Shown here: piece by piece, positions 10,533 to 21,882 of the stretch
How positions within the stretch are numbered: the first letter of the stretch is position 1
Layout: each line of letters starts with the position of its first letter
Assembly: GCA_025558095.1 (NCBI GenBank)
Contig: JAIVFI010000004.1
Coordinates: 124,001 to 188,000, forward strand
Length of the DNA stretch: 64,000 nt
Origin: Hyaloraphidium curvatum SAG 235-1
Lineage: Eukaryota > Fungi > Monoblepharomycota
Direction: 5' to 3'
Translations under genes and position numbers: made by a program
The notes under the pieces: generated by a model
Databases searched by the model: none
Seen by the model: the letters and a program-made list of their open reading frames with translations, nothing else
What the model was told of the DNA's origin: nothing

Positions 10533-11184
10533 TGAGACACGGTCGGATATTGTTCTGAACGGGTGGAAGGGGGTTTTGATCGCTGCAGTTGTCGAGTGAC
10601 TCCACGCTGCGCCACCCCGCCCGGGCCAGCCGCCAAGTTCACGAACGAACGAGAAGGTGTCCCGGATTCGGAGAAACGCGATTTCTACGCAACAGCTCAG
10701 TAAAGTTGTTCCAAGCAGACATCGCGGGATCAGCAACGCGGCTCCCAAACCGATTTCCCGTCTGCCGTCTTTCCTTCGGTCTCCGCTCGGGATGATGCGT
10801 TCTCAGGCAAGGCCTCTGTCTGCGATCGGGCGCGGCCGGTCGGCACTGCGCGGGGCGACGAGACTCCGGCAATCGGCAACATCTGACTCTCCGACTTCTA
10901 AGCGCCCTGGTTGCGCGTCACTGCACCCGCATGCAATGCGGCAAAGCAGAATGCGTGCCGACGTCCCATGCTAGTTGCAGCGTTGGCCCGTCCTCCGGTT
11001 AAAACACAAGCTCTCAATGAGCACTACTGAGTGGGATGCTTTTGTTGCTAGACGTTGAAAGTGGTGTTGTAGAAGTGGGCGGTCCGCGTGGTGGCCGTCT
11101 GTTTGGGCGCGCCCACGGCGCGACACCCGCAACCGCCGGATCGTCGCGCCGCTCCCGGGTCTCTGCCCGGCCCCCGGCAACGCC

Positions 11185-13732
11185 ATGTCGCGCAAATCGT
11201 CCTTCTCTTCCGGCGCGCCCCCCGCAGAGGGCCGCACGGCGTCGCTCATGCGCAAACTCAGCCAGTCGTTCCGCGGGCGGCCTGCGCCCGAGAGCGGCCC
11301 GCCGTCGCCGTCCCTCCGCGGGGACGCCGGTCCCGCCCCGCCGCCGCACAGGCCGCTGCTGCGGAGCGCGTCGCTGGCGGGGGGCGGGCTGCGTTCGGCC
11401 GGCGCGTCCCCGGCGGCCCCGCCGCGCCTGCCGCCGCTCCCCGAGAGCACAAACACGCGCGCCTCGCCGCAGCGGGAGAACCTGCAGCGGGACGTCTTTG
11501 CCGCGAGGCCCAGGAGCGCGGTGCCGGCTCCCGCGGCGCACGCCAGGCACTCCGTCGCGAGGGACGAGGAACCAGACGCCGCGCTGGTCAGGTCGCTCAC
11601 CGAGCTCGACCTCGACGTCGAAATCGACGCCTTTGCCGCGGCGTCCAAGCCCCCCGCACCGCGCGGCGCCACCCAGTACCGCTCCGACTCGACGCTGGCC
11701 CCCGCAGGCTCGTCGCACTCCCTGCTGCCCCCGGCCCTGTCGGCACAGTCCTCCTCGGCGTCGCTGGCGGACTGGGCCGACCCGGCGATGAAGCGCATGA
11801 GCTTCCTGGCCGAGAGCGTGCCCGGCTCGCCCAGGGTCGTGCCCCGCCCGCGGCCCCTGTCGATCGTCAGCACCGCCAGCATGCCCGTGCAGGCCGCCGC
11901 ACCTCAGCACCTGGCCCCGGCTGCCACCCCGGCCCGCCTCCGCCGCGGCTCCGCCCTAGCCTCTCCCGCCGACGCGACCCGCCCCCCGCTCCCGCACCAG
12001 GCCTCCTCCTCCCTCTCCCTGGTCCCCAGCCTCGCCGCCTCGTACGACGCCTCCCCCCGCACCTCCCCGCGCCTCCCCGCCTCCCCCTCGGGTCACTCCC
12101 TCGCCTCGATCGGCTCCCGCCCCCGCGACCGCGCGTCGGCGCTCGCGGGGATCCGCAGCCTCAAGAGGATGGAGCCACGGAGGGACTGGAAGGCCACGGC
12201 GCCCGACTACGTGAGGCAGATCATGCCGCCGGCGGAGCAGCAGAGGCAGGAGATCCTGAACGAGCTGGTCTACTCGGAGCGCAAGTACGTCCGCGACCTG
12301 GCATGCCTCTACGCGGTGAGCTTCGCCCCCCCCCCCCCCCCCGCCCCCCCAGTCTTGTAACATCCCCCCGCCTGACCTACCGCTCCCCCGGCCCCCTGTC
12401 GACGCAGTACCACATCGAGCCCCTCGCCGCGCAGGACATCCTGCCCCCAGGCTCCATCTCGGCCCTCTTCTGCCTCCCCCACCTCGACCGCATCCGCGAC
12501 ACCCACGAGCAGCTCCTCCTCGCCCTCGACGACCGCCGCCGCGAGTCCTCCGTGCGGGGCACGCAGTGGTTCCGCCTCTTCTGCGACCTCGTCGCGCGCG
12601 CGGCGGGGGCGGCGGGGAGCTACGCGTGCTACGACGCCACCCTTGAGGGCAGGATGAGGTGGTTGGAGGAGGAGAGGAAGGCGAACGGGGGTCTGGTGGT
12701 GAGGATGGCGGACATGGCGTCCAGGGTGGGGGAGGGGGAGGGGGGGATGGAGGGGCTGATGGAGGTGCCGGGGGCGAGGCTGGTGGCGTACAGGAACTTC
12801 CTGCTGGTGGGTCCCTCCGTCGTTCGGGGCACGTTCCGGCGCGGCTGACGGCGGTGCAGCGCCTCCTGCCGGTGACGCCCGAAGACCACGCCGACCGCGC
12901 CGCGGCAGTGCTCGCGCTGGAGGAGATCGAGGCCGCGCTGGCGTGGGTGGACAGGAAGGCGCGGTGGCTGCAGGCCAAGAACGCGGCGGCGGGGATGTTC
13001 GCTTCGGTGAGGGAGTGCAGGGTGCTGCCGCGGGAGTACTTTGGCTTCGCGCCCGGGACGGTGGGTCGCCCTGCCGTGCTGCGCCCCGTGGTTGGGAGCT
13101 GATTGGTTCTCGGACGGCAGGAGGTCCAGTGGGATTCCCTCGTCTCTGCGCGCCCGAACCACGGCCTGTTCCCCGACCCCTCGCAGCACGACCTCCTCTT
13201 TACGGTCGACGCCCAGCTGCTCCCCTTCTCCGACGCCCCCCGCCCCCGCGCGCGGCTGGTCCCGCAGCAGGCGAGGAAGCCGTTCCCCGCGCGGCTGGCG
13301 CTGATGACCGGCGGCGCGTTCGTCCTGCTGAGCGGCGGGGAAGGGGGATGGGACCGGATGCTGGGTGCGACGGCGACGGGGGTGGAGGATCTGGGTGAAG
13401 GGGGGATGCTGCTGCGGGCCGTCGGGGGTTGGGGGTCGGGGAAGGGGTGGCCCGGTTTCGCGCTGCGCCTGCGGCCCGCCCAGGACGGCCCGAGGGAGCG
13501 CGGCGAGCTCCTTCGCGCGCTGGCCGAGTGCGCGTCGAGCCCCGCGGACGCGGCGGTGCGGGAGAGGAGGGCGCTGGCGGAGGGGGTGCGGGAGTGGGAC
13601 GACTACGGGCTCAGCGAGGCGGGTTTCGCGGATGCGGTGCCGCATGGGTGGCCGGTTGTTTCGCCGAGGACGGGGAGGAGGGGTGGGGGGTTGAGGAGGG
13701 CGGTGAGCGGGGTGTTTGGGCTGGATGCGTAG
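11185..13732 (+). CDS. Dbl-homology (RhoGEF) domain protein with long Ser/Pro-rich N-terminus, three introns
   Basis: EQQRQEILNELVYSERKYVRDL (DH conserved region 1), later EVPGARLVAY...LL..TPEDHAD. Introns near 12316-12407, 12807-12859 and 13061-13120. Confidence 0.8.
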
Positions 13733-14236
13733 AAGGGTGGTGGATGGCAGGTCAGGGGTTGGAGATGGATGTGTTCCGGTCGGTCGTTTGGTTCCGGGCA
13801 TGATGCGCTAGCTACGTACGAATACAGCGTCGGCACGACAGCGCATCTCTTCGGCAGTTGGGCTTGCATACAGCCACATCCGGGACGGGTTTCGCATGAG
13901 CTCGCACACGAATCCAAACGAGCTCCGCCCGGAAGCAAAGACGAGACGGACAAGGAAATCAGAAATGCCTGCTTCGGGCCACATTTCCCCGGGCGCCAGC
14001 TCCACCTGGGACCCGGCATTGAGCAGGTCGCAGGGATGCGGCGGGTCCCGCACGGGTTTGCGCACGGATCCGAGCGAGGAACGGTAAGAAAGTGGGCGGG
14101 GAGTCGAGCCTGGTGTGCTACAATTGCTCTATTGGCCGATTTAAGGGCGGACGTCATCCTGATCATCAGGACGCCGCCCTGGGGGACGGTTCGACGGAAG
14201 GTTCGGAGCCACCACTTGCCACTTCCACCGCACCGC

Positions 14237-15760
14237 ATGGCACCGGAGGCCGGGAAGCAACTCTTCAGCGCGAGAGAATGGCTGGCTCTATTCCCTTACC
14301 CCGTACCGCCAGCCCCGCGGCGGTGGAAGGGCGCGCCGGCGGCCCCCGCGGACCTCCGCGAGGCCGAGCCGCTGTCGGCCCGCTCCGTGCTGGACCACCT
14401 GCGGCCAAAGGGACGCTGGCTGTATTTTGCCCTGTTCCGCTACAAGCTCGCGTACCCGGACGTGTACACTTTCTTCGTTTCGTTCTTTCCGCTCGGTGCT
14501 GGCCATCGGGTGCGTGCTCGCCATCGGTGACGGGGAATTCCCCGTACGCGCGGCCGTCATAGGCACGTTTGCCGCGTGGCTGCCGCTCCTCGTGGTCCTT
14601 GCCGTGTACTGCCAGTTCTGGTGGAAGGGGAGGCTGTTCGCCGTTCCCAAGGAGAGGCACTTCGTCGGGGGCCTTGCCGCAGTTGCCGCCACGGTCCGGT
14701 ACGACCAGCTCGTGGCCGAGGATCCCGATTCACCGCTTCTCGCCCATGATGACGCCCACGGCAAGAAAACGTGCCCGTGCCCGAGGCCGGGTTGCGCCGA
14801 GCGGCTCCTCGCCCTGGATGCGGTGATGCGGCTCGGCGACTGGGTGTTTTTTGCCGGCTCGCAGATCAGCCTGCTCGTGCTCACGTTCTGGACGCCCTTT
14901 GTGACGTACGCGGGGACCTTCTGGAGGACCCCGTACATGGCTTTTGTCGGCATTCTAGCCGGTAAGTTGCGTGTTCCCGCGATATCGCGCCTCCGCCAGG
15001 CTGATTGATTCGACTTGCTTACCCAGTTTCGCTCGAGCTCTTTGCGGACGGCCTGGTCGTTGGCTGCCTCCGTTCCACCGTCATCCCCGTCTCTGCCAGC
15101 CTCGCGCTCGAAACGGCCATGCGGGAGCGCGCCGTCGGCGCCGCCCTCTCCGATCTACTGGACCGCGTGCACTCCGAGGCGGAATCACAGGCCGATCTCG
15201 CCCCGGCCCCTCCCGCGGACCCGGATCCGTACATGCACCTCCACGGCGCCCTGGTCGCCGCATGGGGCGTGAGGTTCGGCAACCTGTACATTATCACCCG
15301 CGCCCTCTTCCTGCTCGTTGCGATAGCCCTCGTCGTGGCGTTCGTGCTCAACGCCGCGGCGGGCTCCTGCGTCGCGGCATGGCAGCTCGGCTGGCTCATC
15401 CACACGCTCTGCTTTGCGGCCGTGGAGCTCAGCATCTACGCCTCGGCCAACTCGCAAATCACGGCCGTGCTGGGGCTCTACGCCGACGCGCGCGGGGACC
15501 TGCGGGCGCTGGCGGCGCGCACGGATCCCTCCCGCACGGCGCTGCTGGCGCGGCTGTCGGCCCACGACCGCGTGCTGAAGTGGTACACGGACGAGGCAGA
15601 AGGTGCCAGGGCCAAGATGTTCGGCTTTCCGATCACCGGGGGGGTCATTCGCGCTCTGCTGGTGACGCTGTTTACCATCGGGGTCGGCCTGTGGACCGTG
15701 CTGCGTGGCAACGCCATCTTCCTGACCGTGGAAACCTTCTGTCCCGCCGTGAAGGGCTGA
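14237..15760 (+). CDS. 7-TM GR-like/7TMIC-like family, paralog B (frameshift or cryptic intron at 14496-14562; intron 14962-15026)
   Basis: LAHDDAHGKKTCPCPRPGC motif, FWRTPYMA, ASANSQI and RAKMFGFPITGGVIRALLVTLFTIGVGLWTVLRG. Confidence 0.7.
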
Positions 15761-15839
15761 GCACTTGATTGCCGCCATGTTCCTCGCTCGTAGTCCAATA
15801 CACTCAACGCATCAAATCCGCGCGGCGTCCGTTTGCTCT

Positions 15840-16884
15840 CTACCTCCTCTTGGTAGTCGTCCGCTTCCTCTTGGTCGTCGTCTTCTTCACCGTCTTCTTG
15901 GTCGTCGTCTTCCGCTTCGAGGTCGTCTTTTTGGCCGCCGCCTTCTTCGACGTGGTCTTGGCTGGCCCGTCGATCTGCCTCTGGATGAATGCCGCCGAGT
16001 ACGAAGTGCGGGCAAAGAACGAGTCGCTGGCGAAGGCGGCATCGCGCGCACAGCCCAAAACCGGGATCGCGAACAAGCCGACCACCGTGGGCGTCCCCCC
16101 GATGCTCACGACGGCCAGCGCCCCCCCATCACCGGTGCAGGCCCCGGCCCTCGCTCCCGTGACGCAGAGGCATTCCGAGACCAGGCACGCTTCCACCATG
16201 TCCCTGGGCTTGCACGTGGAGTAGACGCCGATCTTGCCGGTGTAGCGCTGCAGGTTCTGCGACAGACGGATCAGCGGCGCGGGGTCACAGCGCGCGGGAT
16301 GCCGACTCACCTGCGGCCTGACGGTGGTCGGCTCGATCTGGGTGTGCCCGAATCCCAGGACGGTCACGTCGGCGCCGGCCGCCGGCACGCCCGCGGCCCT
16401 GTTCCACGCGACGGTGACAATCGGCTTGCCGCCATCGAAGACGACGGAGCCCAGGGTGACGATGCCGAGGTGGCTGTTGGGATCGGGGTTCACCGATGCG
16501 ATGTTGAACACGGTGCCGCCCTGGGCCTGGGTGGTCGCGTTGCGCACGGCGTGGTACAGCGCCGCGCGGCCCTTGTCGAGCTGTATCGCGCACTCGAAAT
16601 CGGTGAGGACCTTGGTGGGCGCGATCAGGGCGCCTGGCGCGGGGCGACGTGAGATCCGAGGCCGCGGCCACCCGCGGGGGACGCCCACCTGTGCAGGCGA
16701 GGATCTGGCCGTCGCTTTCGCGGAAGAAGCGCACGACCCAAGGGTACGCGGACAGATCGGTCACGTTCTCCGTCGCACCGAGGAGCCGGGGGGCGAGGCT
16801 GCGCGGGGCGGCGAGCGGCGACGCGTGGCCGGGCACGGCCAGGGCTGTGGCGAGGAGGAGGGCGAACGCGGCGGCGGAGGCCAT
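15840..16884 (-). CDS. Secreted trypsin-fold (S1) protease homolog, catalytically dead, Lys/Thr-rich tail (introns 16634-16688, 16257-16310)
   Basis: Signal peptide, PRLLGA activation-like site, YPWVV, CTGALIAPTKVLTDFEC, VLGFGHT, ACTGDGGA; tail KTTSKKAAAKKTTSKRKTTTKK. Confidence 0.8.
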
Positions 16885-17456
16885 GGTGGCGGCGTGCGTG
16901 GCGGCGAAAGCGGGCTAGCCTGCGCCTTTTGGCGTCGGCGGCGTAGAAGGGCGCGGGGAAGCTTCTTTTGACGGTCGATCGGGGGGAGAAAGTTCCAGCC
17001 TTCGGGTCGATGACCATCAGCCGCCCGGCTTCGCCGCTCGGTGCTGCCGCCGCCTCTCCGACTCGCCTCGCCCACTCGAGCCGGACCCTGGAAATGGTCC
17101 AGAAGCTCCCTATAATGTGCTTCGAGCAAGGAGAGCATATTGCCGGCCAGCGCCAACCAGGAGGGAGGTAAGCGCCCGCCCCGGAAAATCGGCCCGACCG
17201 GGTTCCCGAACGTTGCCCCGAGCGTGCACAGAGCACAAAGCAGATGCAGGGCGCTGACACAGCGGCCGAAACATCGAGTGAGCCTGAGCTCCGAAGCTTG
17301 CTCTCAGCAGTCACAGGCAATGCCCTGTCCAACGAGGTTTTGGCGAGCCGCACGGGGCTAGAAACGACCATGGCTGACGGTCACTGTGGAAAATTCTCCC
17401 CGACCGCGGCCATTCCGTGTCGGCCGTCGCCGCCACCTCCACACCCCCATCGCACG

Positions 17457-18524
17457 ATGGCCCGCGCCGCGCTCCCGCTCTGCCTGGCCGCCCTCTCCGC
17501 CGCGGCCGCGCTCGCGTCCCCCGCCCCCCGCGCCCTCTCCCCCAACCTCATCGGCGCCACCGCCAACGTCACCGACCTCTCCGCGTACCCGTTCGCCGTG
17601 CGGCTCATCGGCGGAGACGGAGAGATCTCGGCCTGCACCGGTGCGCGCCCCCGCCCCGCCCGCCTGGCCCCGCTGACCCCCGACTTCCGGCCAGGCGTCC
17701 TCGTCTCCCCAAAATGGGTCCTCACATCCGGCAACTGCGCCTTCGGCATGTACCGCGGCGGCAAGCTCGCGCTGTACCACAACGTGCTCAAAGCGACGAC
17801 GCAGGCGCAGGGCGGCACGTTGTACGAGGCCGGGGCCGTCTTCATGCCGCGCGCGGGGGACATCGGCATGGTCCAGCTGGGGAGGAAGATCTTCGACGGG
17901 GGCAAGCCGCTCCTGCCCGCCGCGTGGAACAGGGATCCCGCACTGCCGGCGCCCGGGACCGACGTCCAAGTGCTGGGGTTCGGATTGACGCGGCTGGATC
18001 CGGACGTCGACCCGCAGGTACGCTCGGTGTCGCCGTCCGGCGGTGTCCGAAACCCGACGCTCCCGCACGCGCCGCAGAACCTGCAGCTCTTCCGGTCCAA
18101 GGTGGCCGCCGTGGCAAACTGCACCCAGGTCGACCCCGATCTCGGCCGGATAGACCCGGTCGCCTTCATGTGCGTCAAGGCCGCCGGCGTCGCCGCCGTC
18201 TGCGCCGGCGACCCCGGGGCCTTTGCCCTGGCCACCGTCGGCGGCAAGCCGACGGTGCTCGGGGTCACGACGTTCAGGGTTGACGGCTGCGCGACCGCCT
18301 CGGCCGACTCGTTCTTCATACGGACGTCTCTTAGGGCGGACTTCATCGAGAGCACGTTGATGGCGGTTCCGATCCAACAGACGACCAGCAAGAGGCGCAG
18401 GACGACCAGCAAGAGGAAGGCGGCGACGAGCACGAAGAAGGCGGCCGCCAAGTCGACGGCCAAGAAGAGGACGACGACCAAGAAGAAGACGACGACCAAG
18501 AGGAGGGCGACCACGAAGCGGTAG
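17457..18524 (+). CDS. Secreted trypsin-fold (S1) protease homolog, catalytically dead, Lys/Arg/Thr-rich tail (introns 17641-17694, 18018-18077)
   Basis: Signal peptide, PNLIGA, YPFAV, CTGVLVSPKWVLTSGNC, DIGMVQL, VCAGDPGA. Intron positions match the paralog on the minus strand. Confidence 0.8.
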   Translation: MARAALPLCLAALSAAAALASPAPRALSPNLIGATANVTDLSAYPFAVRLIGGDGEISACTGARPRPARLAPLTPDFRPGVLVSPKWVLTSGNCAFGMYRGGKLALYHNVLKATTQAQGGTLYEAGAVFMPRAGDIGMVQLGRKIFDGGKPLLPAAWNRDPALPAPGTDVQVLGFGLTRLDPDVDPQVRSVSPSGGVRNPTLPHAPQNLQLFRSKVAAVANCTQVDPDLGRIDPVAFMCVKAAGVAAVCAGDPGAFALATVGGKPTVLGVTTFRVDGCATASADSFFIRTSLRADFIESTLMAVPIQQTTSKRRRTTSKRKAATSTKKAAAKSTAKKRTTTKKKTTTKRRATTKR

Positions 18525-18667
18525 CTGGCGGACGATGTGCCGGTTGCAGAAGGAGTTTCGGAGCATGGATTCGGTCGAACGAACTCTATGCGGCAATGAC
18601 AACATGGGAAAGCTATTGATGATTCGATGCGCTCCCCCACTACTTTCCTCCTCCCTGCCCGCTTGCC

Positions 18668-19687
18668 TCAGTCGTACAGCCCGCTCGGCTCCGCATCGGG
18701 CACCGGCACCGGCCCCGTTGGCCCCGGCCGCACGCGGATGTACTCCTCGAGCAAGGCGTCGTCGCCTTCAGGTCCCTGAACCCAGGAAGGGCCCTCCTTC
18801 GGGGGCACCGGGAAGCGGGGGAGCGGCGCCGGCGCCGGTCCGGGGAGGCCCTTGCCCTCGAAGGGGAGGGAATGCTTCCGGAGAGAGAGGGGCTCCTCGG
18901 GGGCGGGGGAGGCATGACCGACGCCGTCGAGGTCCCATTCCGAATCCGAGTCCGACTCCGAGTCCGACTCCTCGTCGAGGCTGTACTCCTCCGGCTCGGG
19001 CAGCTCTTCCGCGGGCAGCATCCCCTCGGGCACCTGGCCGTCCCCGACCACCCTCCACCTCACCTCCTTCATCCTCGCTTTGTGCTCATCCCCCGCCGCA
19101 TGCGAGAGCAGGTTGTTCCTGGTGCTGCACATGGTCCCGCACGCGATGCACCTGTAGTGCTTGCGCCCGCAGTGCGCCTCCCCCACCAGGTGCGCGATCA
19201 CGTTGCCCGAGGTGTCGCATTCCCCCGCTTCGAGCCTGGTGCTGCCCGCCGGGGGCGCGTGGCAGGCGCGGCAGCGCAAGGGGTCCGGGGACGGCCGGGC
19301 AAAGGGGCAGAGGTACAGGCACAGGCTTGCGCCGCAGCCGGGGCAGCGCCCGCCGCGGTGCATGTCGCCCCTCCGCTGCTCGCTGCCCATGTGGCGGGAC
19401 CTGAAGTGCGATGCGAGCAGGCAGTCCTCCTTGTCGTCGGCTTCGCGGCCCAGCAGGAGGGTGCCGGCTGCGTCCCGGCCGCGCACCCCGCGCACCGCCA
19501 GCCGTCCGTCGCCGCCGGGGGCGGGCACCGCGAGCACGGGCACCGCCGGGGATCCGCGGCATTCGAAGCGGGCGAGGTCGCAGCCGCGGCACGAGTTGTG
19601 CTTGCGGCAGCCCGAGGGCGCGTTGCGGGGGCGGGCGGCGGGGGCGGGTGGGGGGCGCGGGCGGCGCTGCGTGCGGCGGGGGGCCAT
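18668..19687 (-). CDS. Cys/His-rich zinc-finger protein, paralog 1
   Basis: CRKHNSCRGC, CPGC..LCLYLCP, CRACH, HLVGEAHCGRKHYRCIACGTMCSTRNNLLSHAAGDEH (matrin/U1-like C2H2 end), acidic tail ending PDAEPSGLYD. Confidence 0.75.
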   Translation of the reverse strand: MAPRRTQRRPRPPPAPAARPRNAPSGCRKHNSCRGCDLARFECRGSPAVPVLAVPAPGGDGRLAVRGVRGRDAAGTLLLGREADDKEDCLLASHFRSRHMGSEQRRGDMHRGGRCPGCGASLCLYLCPFARPSPDPLRCRACHAPPAGSTRLEAGECDTSGNVIAHLVGEAHCGRKHYRCIACGTMCSTRNNLLSHAAGDEHKARMKEVRWRVVGDGQVPEGMLPAEELPEPEEYSLDEESDSESDSDSEWDLDGVGHASPAPEEPLSLRKHSLPFEGKGLPGPAPAPLPRFPVPPKEGPSWVQGPEGDDALLEEYIRVRPGPTGPVPVPDAEPSGLYD

Positions 19688-19833
19688 CGCGGGGATCGGG
19701 CGGTGATGGATGATGGATGGTGGCGCGGGACCGTGGTCGGGCTGGTTCTGGGAGCTCCCAGTCGCACAGCACTCGTTGAGGCTGAGTTTGATTGGACCCG
19801 CCATCCGCTTCCGCTTCCCTTCCCTTCCCTATC

Positions 19834-21636
19834 CTACACCGCGCTGGGATCGGGAAGCAGAATGCTCGCCAGCGGCGGCAGGCTCGCCTCGTTGGCCTTG
19901 GAGAGGGAGCCGATCGGCGGCCCGGCGAACGGCGGCAGCGTCGCGTCGGAGGAGGACGACGTCGAGGCCGCCGTGGGGGTCTGTTCCGGGGGATGGGGGC
20001 CGATGGGGGAAGGCAGCTCGCGCGAGTAGTCGATCAGCGAGGAGATGGATGCGCCGGTGGAGGATTGCCCGGGGGGCGGCATGAAGGCGTCGCCGCGGAG
20101 GTGGTCGGCGGGGTCGCGGGCCGGGAGGGGGAGCTCCGCGGACTCGTATTCGCGCAGCTTGGCCCGGAGCCGGTCGATCTCCTTGTCTTTGGCCCGCAGC
20201 TGCGATTCAAGCTCACGCTTGGCTTCCAGCACGCGACCGTAGTCGCCCTGCAGCGAGGCATGCGGCAAGGCCCGCGGGGAGGTGGGATCGTCGGGCTCCG
20301 CGAAGGCCGAGGGGCTGCTGCGACCCGGAACGGGGTCCGCGGCGGGCGGGCCGGAGGACGACGACGTCGCGGGGTGCCCCGCCCTCACGATCTCCTCCAA
20401 CCTCCTCCACACCTCCGCCCCGCCGTCCGCCGCCGCGGACGGCCAGCTCGCCGTCGTCCGCGGGGGCGGGCCGCGCGGGGGCCGCGAGCGCCCGCGCGAG
20501 ATGTCGGAGACGGTGGCGAGGGGGACTGGGTCGAGGAGGGGGTCGGGAGCGGGGGAGGGGGGGTGCAAAACGGCGGTGGAAACGTCGGTGGGGTTTTCCG
20601 AGGGCGGGTCCGCGAGGGTCTCCGAGTGGTGGTCCGCCGCGGTCTCTGACTGCTGGTCCTCCACCGGAATCCCCGAGTCTGGCCCCGCGGTGTGCCAGTA
20701 CAGCTCGAGCAGCACGTCCGCAAGCGTCTTGAGCTCCCAGTTCTCCTGTAGGATGCCGCGGAAAGCATGCCGCAGCTCGCCCACGGGCAGGGATTCCCAG
20801 TCTTCCCAGCCCTGCGGTGCCCATCCGTCGGAAACCCACGCCGATGGCGGGGGGATGCCGGCCTGCGCCCTCGGCTCCGCCAGCTGGGCCTCCAGATCGG
20901 CGATCCTCGCCCGCGCGGAGGCGGGGTCGGCCTGCGCGGCGGGTTCGGGCGGCGGGAGGAAGCGCGGCGCGGCGGGTGGGCGGCCGGCGTTGGCGGGCCG
21001 CGGCGCGGGGCCCGGGGCGGGGAAAGGAACGGGCACCGGGCGGCCCACAGTGAATGCGGGCCGGGGGGCGGGCGAGGGGCGCGGGCGGGCGTGTGCGGCG
21101 GGGCCAGGGGGGCGGTACAGGGAGGTTGAAGGGGGTTGGAACGGCGGGGGGCGGGGCCGGAGCGCAGGTGGGGCGGCGGGAGCGGGAGCGGCGGGCTCGG
21201 GTGCGGGCGAGGGCGACGCCGTCCGCGGCCGCTTGCGCCCAGGCGCCCTCGGCCCGTCGGCGGGGCAGACGTCCCCCTTGTGCCTCTTTGCCCAGCCAGG
21301 GTCGTTTGTCGAGACGGTGCGCTCTATGACGCAGCGGCAGCACCCCGAGAGGAAGTCCCTGTCGCCTGACGCGGGCGGGCGGCGCAGCAGGTGCGGCACG
21401 ATGTGGCGCCGGTCGGCCCTGTAGACTTCCAGACTGCCGATCGGCAGCGACCGCACTTGCGGGAGAGAGCCGACGGGCGCGCCGTCCAGCGCCGCGTCGA
21501 CGCGGCGGCGGTCCTCCGCCGCGAGCCCGCCGACGGCCGTCCAGCGCCGCCCGGATGACTTCCCCCGCGGCCGGCGCGGCTCCTCCTCCTCGCTGTCCTC
21601 CGACGACTCGGGATCCGCGGCTCCACGGGGTCCCAT
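19834..21636 (-). CDS. Uncharacterised protein with an N-terminal Cys/His domain, Pro-rich linker and coiled coils
   Basis: 600 aa ORF; the N-terminal domain is homologous to one in the gene at 1-2401; coiled coils ARIADLEAQLAE and EAKRELESQLRAKDKEIDRLRAKLREYE. Confidence 0.65.
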   Translation of the reverse strand: MGPRGAADPESSEDSEEEEPRRPRGKSSGRRWTAVGGLAAEDRRRVDAALDGAPVGSLPQVRSLPIGSLEVYRADRRHIVPHLLRRPPASGDRDFLSGCCRCVIERTVSTNDPGWAKRHKGDVCPADGPRAPGRKRPRTASPSPAPEPAAPAPAAPPALRPRPPPFQPPSTSLYRPPGPAAHARPRPSPAPRPAFTVGRPVPVPFPAPGPAPRPANAGRPPAAPRFLPPPEPAAQADPASARARIADLEAQLAEPRAQAGIPPPSAWVSDGWAPQGWEDWESLPVGELRHAFRGILQENWELKTLADVLLELYWHTAGPDSGIPVEDQQSETAADHHSETLADPPSENPTDVSTAVLHPPSPAPDPLLDPVPLATVSDISRGRSRPPRGPPPRTTASWPSAAADGGAEVWRRLEEIVRAGHPATSSSSGPPAADPVPGRSSPSAFAEPDDPTSPRALPHASLQGDYGRVLEAKRELESQLRAKDKEIDRLRAKLREYESAELPLPARDPADHLRGDAFMPPPGQSSTGASISSLIDYSRELPSPIGPHPPEQTPTAASTSSSSDATLPPFAGPPIGSLSKANEASLPPLASILLPDPSAV

Positions 21637-21882
21637 CCCGACTCCCGACAGACTCTGGCGACAAGTAGGGATTGCTCAATTGCTCGACGGCCGACTGGAC
21701 GACTCCGCGTCTTAGAGGCTTAGAGCGAGGGGAGAGGCACAGCGAACTGGGGGCACCAGCCGCCCCCGACAAAAGGACGCCGGTCCCGCGCCGTCCCGCG
21801 CCATCTCTCCCGCGCCGCCTCCGACGCCACCGCCTTCGCACTTCCTCCAATCCGATCCGCCGCCCGCGACCCGCGACCCGCG

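Noticed and set aside
12325-12350. Poly-C tract
   Set aside because: It lies within a RhoGEF intron; a simple homopolymer with no further structure.
15845-15960. Short repeated units (GTCGTCTTCTT-like), also at 18380-18520, as a possible array
   Set aside because: They encode the Lys/Thr tails of the pseudo-trypsins; no repeat-spacer structure, so not CRISPR.
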